Notes: a model not told the origin generated them from the letters alone. Positions 9,001 to 15,531 are shown, numbered from the stretch's first letter. The stretch is DNA of 20,043 bases from Candidatus Ratteibacteria bacterium (GCA_049971295.1 JBMFLH010000031.1:1-20043), one strand, 5' to 3'. A program made the numbers and translations.

Positions 9001-9348
9001 AGGGCAGACATAATTACAGGCAATGGTTCTACGATGATTCAAAATCCATATCTGCCTGTGGATGTTTATGACAGTAGCAACCTTGTTGCGTCTGATGGTA
9101 TCATTCAGGATTTTGACCTTCTTTATGCAATTGATGCCTGGGCAAGGGATGCTCAACTTACTGGGTATGGCATCGTCTGGCCTCAGAACATTAATAACTG
9201 GGATAAAATTCTGATAGGTTCAGGTGGCAACTCTGGTATTATTCCAATATGGGCGAATTCAACATACATGGGTGGTTATAAGTATGATGTGACAAATCCA
9301 GGTTCTGTTTACGAAATGTTCTGGGTGCCCGGAGAATTTCAGCAGTGA
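6022..9348 (+). CDS. Large secreted protein (1108 aa): Ig-like/He_PIG domains + TolB-like (PD40) beta-propeller repeats + C-terminal beta-sandwich module and dockerin/EF-hand-like tail
   Basis: GTG start after AGGGGGAG; signal peptide ending VHA. He_PIG-like YTWSLSGAPNGVSINPATGLLSGTP...YTLTISVTD. PD40-like repeats NPMFISDGSKILY, VSPDGRWIVY, PVFNPDMTRIVY and PSFSNTGTKIIY. Tail SDGIIQDFDLLYAIDAW. Confidence 0.85.
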   Translation: MKSLNGFKFLFALLIVASFVVHAATVSGPSPIRVRAGGTSSSTAVDYTAAYGTGDSGDFTWTETGTLPAGLVTISRIGGSPFTTARLSVSATPSTQPALYPITVNAYPATGTPGFLPVNIIVVEGLGSISPTALSAGKENSPVNVQFTVSSGTGNYTWSLSGAPNGVSINPATGLLSGTPQPGTAGSYTLTISVTDNTAPVVSTQVIIPWQVFPAYIPLIDAGQICYETGIVRNVNGDITSTGDLYVKNLETNTERRVTNYGTTGTGAILNPMFISDGSKILYTYSPNPATTNFKVYLVSTQATVSDRNQGLILRKNNQEAIPPAANVKYATISPNYNGTQGLLVFTWEKTDRTELWTYDFATEALSQIRSEANLEIRHPVFLNSSVIAFLGIKNGMQDIYVINIDGSSYRKITANVPNTPFYGRLQSSWRNGTLSNPLLIYSKRIYEGFGYGKWDVFVAEVNFVNGTLTEYNVTNTRDIDEYSPSFFGDDQSRTWVVLQLSDGQMFYEAEVVPGYRELWQANYNTVNQANSNSVKTQRARNGNLGLANWSPVPAAEAGEVVTIDQTRLIYLKQVGSYREVFRSDYVGGAFDTNGVQLTPSSLNVNKSNPSIARNGGTISFTMESVPTAISKMNHDGSGLIQFATHLSQNLDFSSVSPDGRWIVYARRTAPNVYGIFAKRTTRDATYGESTLVTNIQATAIDAPVFNPDMTRIVYAKQDPGGKFDIYYVPIKVDSTVDDSMIAVGSPVNLTNTPAVHERMPSFSNTGTKIIYCSNKELGIEDYEIFTMDINGSGIEKVVSGPGHRWPVYSPVSDAVAGTDIIGYVENNQIMYATLSRIAPPGTPSGQNPVTNVVATGINVPAGYERFSWGRNRAKGTIFASRTLGATTAAGQSITYQITIDVDEASIPNSYTLNETFSSSFNDIHAFVDGVKADTTLYYDYPSTGVQTLKLLFMSGKNGGVMDHLVRVILKTPSTTGSQAFIGNVSYTIDGVPRADIITGNGSTMIQNPYLPVDVYDSSNLVASDGIIQDFDLLYAIDAWARDAQLTGYGIVWPQNINNWDKILIGSGGNSGIIPIWANSTYMGGYKYDVTNPGSVYEMFWVPGEFQQ

Positions 9349-10493
9349 AAAAATTACCAATCTTATTTGCGGTTTTGTTGTTTCTGGGATGCTTAAATTC
9401 ATTTGCCCAGAGAGTTGACCTGATATTTCTCATTGATGGCTCAGGAAGTATGGGGGGGCAACCATTTAATACTGAAAAGGAAGGGCTTGCCAGTGCCATT
9501 GAAGACCCAACTGTTGTGCCTACAGATGGTTCAGTGAGTGTAACGGTCATCCAATTTTCAGGTGGAAGTCCACCTGATCCTGATGCGAGAATTGAAGTTT
9601 CGCCGACTCTTATTACCAGTCCCGCTGTTGCACAACAGGTTGCAAGCTCGATTAGAAATATTTCTATTCTTGATCATTCAACCTATTTTGCGCCAGCGTT
9701 TGACCTTGCTGTCAGCACAATTATGTCCTGGCCACAGAGGGCTCAAAGGCAGGTTATTAATCTTATTACAGATGGTAACAATTCTGATCAATCAGAAACA
9801 GCAACTGCTGTAGCCAATGCAATGGCTGCTGGTATTGACCTTATCAATGTGATGGGTGTGGGATATGGGCTTGACGAAAATAATATGTGGACTATTGCAA
9901 ACCCACATTACCCGGGATATCCTGATCCATCGAGAAGACCTGCATCTCCAAGCAGGGATTATGGTTATGTATGGCTACTAACTGGATGGGAACAATTTGG
10001 ACCTGCTGTGAAACAGAAGATTTTGACAGAGATACATATTACCGTCAATTTTCACGATAATTACGCTGGTATTCCTTATCTACCTGTTACAATTACTGCT
10101 TCTGGAGGGGTTTCACCATACAGGTTTCAGGTTGTCAGTGGTATTCCTGGGCTTAATCTTGTTCAGATCAGTCCTGACATTGCAGAGTTAAGAGGGGTTC
10201 CGAGCACGACTGGGTCATATAATGTAAATATTATGGTGACTGATTCTTCAACTCCACCTATTCCGACAGTCGTTCAGGGTCCGGTGAATATTCTTCCTCC
10301 ACCCTATGTTGCTGTTCAAAGGACAGGTGGGAAAATTCTTTATGTGAAAAGCATTAATCGTGGAATTGACGGAGAACTGATGTCAACCGGTAACCTTTTT
10401 GTTAAAGACATTGCGACAAAAGTTGAAAATCAGCTGACAAATTACACGGGAAATTTATTATTAGAAATCCATTTTTCTCATCAGATGGGCTAG
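9345..10493 (+). CDS. Secreted vWA (MIDAS) domain + He_PIG-like Ig domain protein; N-terminal part of a frameshifted paralog of 6022-9348
   Basis: GTGA overlap with the upstream stop and GGAG at 9331-9334. Signal peptide ending SFA-Q. vWA motifs DLIFLIDGSGSM, VIQFS, ST and LITDG. Ig-like TITASGGVSPYRF...LRGVPSTTGSYNVNIMVTDS. The last residues before the break (STGNLFVKDIATKVENQLTNY) align with the paralog (STGDLYVKNLETNTERRVTNY). Confidence 0.85.
   Translation: MKKLPILFAVLLFLGCLNSFAQRVDLIFLIDGSGSMGGQPFNTEKEGLASAIEDPTVVPTDGSVSVTVIQFSGGSPPDPDARIEVSPTLITSPAVAQQVASSIRNISILDHSTYFAPAFDLAVSTIMSWPQRAQRQVINLITDGNNSDQSETATAVANAMAAGIDLINVMGVGYGLDENNMWTIANPHYPGYPDPSRRPASPSRDYGYVWLLTGWEQFGPAVKQKILTEIHITVNFHDNYAGIPYLPVTITASGGVSPYRFQVVSGIPGLNLVQISPDIAELRGVPSTTGSYNVNIMVTDSSTPPIPTVVQGPVNILPPPYVAVQRTGGKILYVKSINRGIDGELMSTGNLFVKDIATKVENQLTNYTGNLLLEIHFSHQMG
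10448..10457 (+). other. -1 frame junction with two overlapping X_XXY_YYZ slippery heptamers (G_GGA_AAT, A_AAT_TTA)
   Basis: Zero frame reads ACG GGA AAT TTA TTA TTA. The -1 frame reads GGG AAA TTT ATT ATT AGA AAT CCA, is open from 10427 to 13015, and restores homology to the paralog. Confidence 0.6.
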
Positions 10494-10522
10494 AAATCGT
10501 ATATACCAGCAACATTAGTGGA

Positions 10523-13015
10523 ATGTGGCAGATATACATCATTAATGTTCAGGATCGTATTGGGTCGCCACTACAGAAAATCGTGTGCAACAACGGTTAT
10601 CCTCATCCTTATGCATCCCTTTCGCCCGACAAGAATAGTCTCGCATTTGTTCAGGAAATAGCGGGTAAGACAGAACTTTTGGTTTATAACAGAACTACAA
10701 AAAGTTATTCATTGATTTTGGGTAATGCAGAGATCTCGGTAACTCATCTTGCTTTTCTTGATAATAGCACCATAGCATTTATTGGAATAAAAGATGGCAT
10801 CCAGGACATATACAAAATCACGATTGATGGAAAGGACTTTGTGAATTTGACAAAAAATATAAGTATCACTCCGCGGTACGGCAGAATTATAACCACTTTC
10901 AGAGACAAAAACAGAATCAGCTTTTATGATGACCTGAACAATCGTACTTACCAGCTGAATGAGATTATTTATGCCAAGCAGGTCTGGCAGGGATTTGGCT
11001 ATACAAACTGGGATGTGTATTCGTACAATATTGAACTTGGAACAGAGGTAAATCTGACAAAAACTCCTGATATGAATGAATTTGACCCATGCTATGGTAA
11101 TATAGCAGATCTATGGCGTGGAGATATGTTTTATTCTGCCTCAATTCTTGCAGGTTATGATGTCTGGATGACAAACTACGAATGGTATGACTGGTACACA
11201 ACTACAAATTCAATAAAAATGCCATTGACAGGCAGTGCTACGACCACTGAAATGGCTGGACTTATTGATTTCATACCATCCACTGACATTGGTGTGATAC
11301 CAGGAAAACCAATTGCAATGCAAGACACGAGGATTGTTTACTACGGAGGAAATGGAGTCATATACAGGTCGGATTTTGACGGAACAAACTGGTACAACCC
11401 AGGAACGACGATTTCAGTAGGAACAGTTGAAAAAAGCGTGTGTTGTTTGGATCCGAAAGGTGGAAAATTTGTTTACACCGTGAACTCTGTTCCTCAGACG
11501 CTTGGAAAGAGCAACCATGATGGTAGCGGAGAAACCATATTTTCATACGGAACACCAGCAGGAAATGAAATCAAGGATGCATGTTTCAGTCCTGATGGAA
11601 GATGGGTTGTATTTGTAAAAAGGGAAAAACCAGGCAGATACGGACTTTATGCAAAAATGACAAAGCAGGACTTTACATATCCTGATACACCACTATTGAC
11701 TAATATTAATTCAACCGATGTCGCATACCCTTCGTTTTCACCGGATGGAACAGTACTTGTATTCAGCATGAAGCAACCAGGAGGCACAAGCGACATATGG
11801 AAACTTACTGTAAGAACCGATGATAGCACCTCAATTACAACAGGAATTTTGCAAAACCTCACAAACACTCCTGCAATCAGTGAAACAAGCCCCTCTTACT
11901 CACCTGATGGCAAAAAAATTATCTTCATTTCAAACCATCCCGAAGGAATAAATCAGGTTTACACCTGTGATACGAACGGAACCAGCATTGAACTCGTAGT
12001 TGAAGGCAAAGATTCAGCCACAGGATTGAATCTTGACATTAACAGAGTGTTATTTGGAGATGTCAATGTGGAAACTTCTGTTTACTACATTGCCTATGCG
12101 AACACGGATCCTGCAACTGGTACAAAAACAATAAAAATCGCCAGGTTTGAAAAAGTAGACCCAACCCCTGGCGATGGTAAAAATTTGGCAACATTATACA
12201 TGGACACAGGACTTATTCCAGCAAGCGATAAATTTGACTGGGGAATCAAGAGGGAAAAAGGAACCGTTGTCGGGCAGAGAACACTTAACAGGCGAGCAGC
12301 AAAAGACCAGTATTTCCAGTATGGAATTGCAATTGATGTTGATGAAGCAGCGCTTTCTTCTGCATATACCCTTGAAGAGATTATTTCGTCAGATTTTTCA
12401 ACAGCAGACATTTCAGTTAGCATTGACGGTGGAGTTTTTTTCAATCCTACGATTTTTGAAAATTCCTCTGAAGGGCTTAAAACAATAAAACTTGTTTTTG
12501 GTCCAGGTCAAAACGGCGGAGCAGTTGACCACTACATAAAGGTAAAAATGAAGGCACCATCCTATACAGGCAATCAGGCAATAGAAGGCAGGGTTAATTA
12601 TATTTTGAATGGAAACCCTACTTCATCGACAATCAGCGGCAATTCCAGTATTTTTGTCTCAAGCCCGTATCTTCCAGTTGATGTCTATAATGAGACAGGA
12701 CTTGAAGGAAGTAATGGCATCGTAGAGGACTGGGACTTGCTTTTTGCGATTGATGCCTGGTGCAATGACAGGCAGTTGTCGGGATATGGAATAAAGTGGC
12801 CTCAGGACATTTGCCACTGGGATAATATCATTCATGCCATAATCCACATATGGGCAAGCCCTGCTGGAACCATAGGTTATCATACCAGTGGTACCACTGC
12901 GGCATCAGAAGTTTCAGGTCAATATCAATACGTTGGTCCGAACCAGTACAAATCGTCGCCATTAATTTCTGAGGTTCCAGAGATGTACTGGACGCAGGGC
13001 ATCTGGATTGATTGA
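10523..13015 (+). CDS. TolB-like (PD40) beta-propeller protein with C-terminal beta-sandwich module and dockerin/EF-hand-like tail; C-terminal part of the frameshifted gene starting at 9345
   Basis: Repeats SLSPDKNSLAF, CFSPDGRWVVF, PSFSPDGTVLVF and PSYSPDGKKIIF. Collinear with 6022-9348 (FIGIKDGIQDIY, IDVDEA, PYLPVDVY, DLLFAIDAW, EMYW). The frame continues upstream as FIIRNPFFSSDGLEIVYTSNISG. There is no signal peptide or well-spaced SD at 10523, so that ATG is probably internal. Confidence 0.85.
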   Translation: MWQIYIINVQDRIGSPLQKIVCNNGYPHPYASLSPDKNSLAFVQEIAGKTELLVYNRTTKSYSLILGNAEISVTHLAFLDNSTIAFIGIKDGIQDIYKITIDGKDFVNLTKNISITPRYGRIITTFRDKNRISFYDDLNNRTYQLNEIIYAKQVWQGFGYTNWDVYSYNIELGTEVNLTKTPDMNEFDPCYGNIADLWRGDMFYSASILAGYDVWMTNYEWYDWYTTTNSIKMPLTGSATTTEMAGLIDFIPSTDIGVIPGKPIAMQDTRIVYYGGNGVIYRSDFDGTNWYNPGTTISVGTVEKSVCCLDPKGGKFVYTVNSVPQTLGKSNHDGSGETIFSYGTPAGNEIKDACFSPDGRWVVFVKREKPGRYGLYAKMTKQDFTYPDTPLLTNINSTDVAYPSFSPDGTVLVFSMKQPGGTSDIWKLTVRTDDSTSITTGILQNLTNTPAISETSPSYSPDGKKIIFISNHPEGINQVYTCDTNGTSIELVVEGKDSATGLNLDINRVLFGDVNVETSVYYIAYANTDPATGTKTIKIARFEKVDPTPGDGKNLATLYMDTGLIPASDKFDWGIKREKGTVVGQRTLNRRAAKDQYFQYGIAIDVDEAALSSAYTLEEIISSDFSTADISVSIDGGVFFNPTIFENSSEGLKTIKLVFGPGQNGGAVDHYIKVKMKAPSYTGNQAIEGRVNYILNGNPTSSTISGNSSIFVSSPYLPVDVYNETGLEGSNGIVEDWDLLFAIDAWCNDRQLSGYGIKWPQDICHWDNIIHAIIHIWASPAGTIGYHTSGTTAASEVSGQYQYVGPNQYKSSPLISEVPEMYWTQGIWID

Positions 13016-13051
13016 AATTTACTTATGGTGCGTATTTTGAAATCCAGTATT

Positions 13052-13657
13052 ATGAAAAATATTCTTGCAATAGGTATCTTTGCCTTTGTTTCATTTTCCT
13101 TTTCCCAGACCGCGGCATTTCGCACTCTTCCAAAGACCTACCGACAGGGACAACTGATTTCAGTAAAAATTGATGTGAATGTTTTGTCCGAAGTCAGTGG
13201 AGTGATTGTGAAGGAATGGTTTCCTCAGGACTGGGTAATTCCAGAAACAATGATTAAAACAGATTATCAGACATTTTTGAAGATTGAAAATGACATTGAA
13301 AATCCTGGATACAAAATTTATAGTTGGGCTGCATTCGGAAACCCTGTTCCATCATTTACAATAAACTATAAGGTGCAGCTTCCGCAATCAGCTTCAGGCG
13401 ATTTATTCTTTTATGGAAAAATCATCACTCTTGACAATCCATGGGGAGCAGATATTGGCGGAGATAGTGTTATCAGTGGCAAATCAGGAGACATTGATGG
13501 CGATGGCAAGGTAGATATTATAGATGTGATTCTATGTCTGCAAATGGCGATTGGCAAATTGCCAGCAGACCTTCAAAAAGCAGATATGGACTCCAGTGGC
13601 GAAATTGATATTGTTGATGTCGTCATAATCCTAAGGGTTGCCATCGGGCTTTATTAA
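13052..13657 (+). CDS. Small secreted protein: beta-sandwich (cohesin/DUF11-like) module + type I dockerin; paralog of 5115-6008
   Basis: Signal peptide MKNILAIGIFAFVSFSFS-Q (alternative start 13025). Module AFRTLPKTY...GVIVKEWFPQDW...FTINYKVQLP...IGGDSVIS. Dockerin repeats GDIDGDGKVDIIDV and ADMDSSGEIDIVDV. Confidence 0.82.
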   Translation: MKNILAIGIFAFVSFSFSQTAAFRTLPKTYRQGQLISVKIDVNVLSEVSGVIVKEWFPQDWVIPETMIKTDYQTFLKIENDIENPGYKIYSWAAFGNPVPSFTINYKVQLPQSASGDLFFYGKIITLDNPWGADIGGDSVISGKSGDIDGDGKVDIIDVILCLQMAIGKLPADLQKADMDSSGEIDIVDVVIILRVAIGLY

Positions 13658-13768
13658 CGTCGGATCCTATGCTCTAAGAAATATTGCTTTATCATGGCTT
13701 TGGGTTCAGGGTTTAGAATTTTTCAAAAAATGGAAAAGGTGGAGAGTAAAATCATCTTCCTCACGATG

Positions 13769-14413
13769 TCATCCAGCAAGAATTTTCTTTGCGAAAAAGG
13801 TTAATGTCATTAGTTCAGTTGCCATATCCACATTGAGCACATGTATTGTTTGAGAAAGATTCAGGTTCACTGGAGCAAAATTGAGTATCCCTCGTATTCC
13901 GCAGCTTTCAATTTTTTCTGCAACCAGTTGAGCTTTTTCTGAGGGAACAGCAAGAATTGCAAGTTGCACGCCAAGATGCGGAACAATTTTTGCCATTTTA
14001 GAAACATCATATACCTTAATATGTCCAATGGTTTTTCCAATTTTTTCTTTATCACTGTCAAACGCAGCAACAATGTGAAAATTAAAATTTGAAAATCCTG
14101 GATATGCAAGCAGCGCAGAGCCAAGTTTTCCAACGCCAACGAGAATAATCCTGCATTCTTTGTCGATGCCCAGTATTTTCTCAAGATGACGAATTAGATT
14201 ATCAACCCTGTAGCCAACTCCTGGCTTACCGATTGGACCGAAGTAAGAAAGGTCCTTACGAAATTGTTCAGGGCTAACATTGAGATAAGCAGTAATTTTG
14301 TTTGAGGAAATAATATGAAATTCTTTCTTTTTCAATTTTTTCAAACTTCTCAAATATAACGCCATTCTTCGTATGGTTTCCTGCGGGATTCTCGTGAGTT
14401 TTTTTCGCCTCAT
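13769..14413 (-). CDS. rex: Redox-sensing transcriptional repressor Rex
   Basis: IPQETIRRMALYLR, winged-helix QFRKDLSYFG..GKPGVGY, NADH-binding ILVGVGKLGSAL, AILAVP and GILNFAP. Start ATG 14413 chosen because AGGA lies upstream (alternatives 14422, 14434). Confidence 0.95.
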   Translation of the reverse strand: MRRKKLTRIPQETIRRMALYLRSLKKLKKKEFHIISSNKITAYLNVSPEQFRKDLSYFGPIGKPGVGYRVDNLIRHLEKILGIDKECRIILVGVGKLGSALLAYPGFSNFNFHIVAAFDSDKEKIGKTIGHIKVYDVSKMAKIVPHLGVQLAILAVPSEKAQLVAEKIESCGIRGILNFAPVNLNLSQTIHVLNVDMATELMTLTFFAKKILAG

Positions 14414-14423
14414 GTCGCACATC

Positions 14424-15464
14424 CTATGGTTCAATAATTGCCTTGATTACGCCGTCGCTTCTTGTGGAAACAATTTCAAGGGCGTCCTGAATTTTTTCAA
14501 GAGGAAATCTATGAGTGATGATAGAAGAAAACCTGATGGCGCTTTTACACATAAGGTCCAGGGCCATTTCTGTCGTGAAAGATGACCTTCTTACACTAAA
14601 AATTGGAAGTTGTTTTCTTCTGACCATGTGAGGGTCAAAATAAACCTGGGCTTCTGCGGGTATTCCGAATACGACGGCTTTTCCGCCAATTGCGGCAATA
14701 TCAATCATCTGGGTGATTGTTTCCTGCTGACCTGCGCATTCAAATGCAATGTCAACGCCCCTGTTAGAGGTACTATGTGCAATCAATTTCTGAATATCCT
14801 GTTTGTCTGCAAGATAAACCTCGTCTGCGCCAAGTTTTTTAGCCATTTCTGCGCGTTTGTTAATAACCTCTGTAACAAAAATCTGCCTTGCGCCGCCTGT
14901 CCTGCAACAAAAGAGGACTGAAAGTCCTATTGGACCAGCACCAAGAATGGCAACATTATCACCTATCAGAAAATTTGCAAGTCGTACTCCATAAAGCGCT
15001 ATCGCCAGAGGTTCAGCAAGCGTGCCTTCTTCAAACGACAGAGTATCTGGAAGTTTCACCACATTTTTTTCAGGCATCACGATGTATTGTCTGAATGCAC
15101 CCAGAACAGGAGGAGTACCGAGAAATTGTACAAATGGACACAGATTTGGCCTACCAGTAATGCAGAATTCACATTTCCCGCAGGAAATACCGGGTTCTAT
15201 TACTACCCGGTCTCCTTCCTTAACGGAATTCACATTTTTCCCTGTAGCAACAACCTCGCCAGCCGCTTCATGACCAATAATAAATTTCTCTGGCACAATC
15301 TGATCCCCAATTCTTCCATCAAGAAAATAGTGTACGTCTGAACCGCACACTCCAATTGCCCTGATACGAATCAATACTTCATCGTCTTTACAATCAGATA
15401 TTTCAAGTTCATCAATGACAAATCTTTTCTTTTTGAGAAGATACGCTGCTATGCCTTTTTTCAT
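14424..15464 (-). CDS. Zinc-dependent medium-chain alcohol dehydrogenase, sorbitol/L-iditol/threonine dehydrogenase-like
   Basis: Catalytic Zn motifs GVCGSDVH and IGHEAAG, structural Zn motif CGKCEFC...NLC, EPLA, ILGAGPIGL. CAGGAG SD. Substrate cannot be determined. Confidence 0.92.
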   Translation of the reverse strand: MKKGIAAYLLKKKRFVIDELEISDCKDDEVLIRIRAIGVCGSDVHYFLDGRIGDQIVPEKFIIGHEAAGEVVATGKNVNSVKEGDRVVIEPGISCGKCEFCITGRPNLCPFVQFLGTPPVLGAFRQYIVMPEKNVVKLPDTLSFEEGTLAEPLAIALYGVRLANFLIGDNVAILGAGPIGLSVLFCCRTGGARQIFVTEVINKRAEMAKKLGADEVYLADKQDIQKLIAHSTSNRGVDIAFECAGQQETITQMIDIAAIGGKAVVFGIPAEAQVYFDPHMVRRKQLPIFSVRRSSFTTEMALDLMCKSAIRFSSIITHRFPLEKIQDALEIVSTRSDGVIKAIIEP

Positions 15465-15468
15465 TTTG

Positions 15469-15528
15469 TTCTCCTGTGGTAAAATAATAATGCCGGTAGA
15501 AAATTATTTTACCACAAAACCAGGAGAA
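15469..15528. repeat. Nested inverted repeats spanning the divergent dehydrogenase/lonC intergenic region
   Basis: Perfect 14 bp arms TGTGGTAAAATAAT (15475-15488) and ATTATTTTACCACA (15503-15516) with a 14 nt spacer. Outer 8 bp arms TTCTCCTG (15469-15476) and CAGGAGAA (15521-15528) are the two SD sequences. Confidence 0.85.
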
Positions 15529-15531
15529 ATA

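Noticed and set aside
9345..9410. Lipoprotein signal (FLGC) in the vWA protein
   Set aside because: Poor match to the lipobox [LVI][ASTVI][GAS]C. A signal peptidase I site SFA-Q follows and fits better.
10448..10463. Transcriptional slippage or simple-repeat phase variation at the frame junction
   Set aside because: Homopolymer runs are only 3 nt, and the (TTA)3 repeat would change length in whole codons, so neither explains a -1 shift.
10523..10525. Independent start of the 830 aa ORF
   Set aside because: It begins mid-propeller, has no signal peptide or well-spaced SD, and homology to the paralog continues upstream in the same frame.
8717..12349. Short direct DNA repeats between the large genes as DGR template/variable repeats or recombination sites
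   Set aside because: They coincide with conserved protein motifs of paralogs. There is no reverse transcriptase or recombinase in the window and no long near-identical repeat.
6022..13015. Calling the propeller proteins tolB, or S9/S41 (tricorn-like) peptidases
   Set aside because: There is no TolB N-terminal domain, no tolQRA/pal context and no recognisable peptidase domain. Only the repeats are shared.
5115..13657. A true cellulosome or chitinase locus
   Set aside because: No glycoside hydrolase domain is visible, the chitobiase C-terminal-like domain is non-catalytic, and the cohesin identity of the shared module is unproven.
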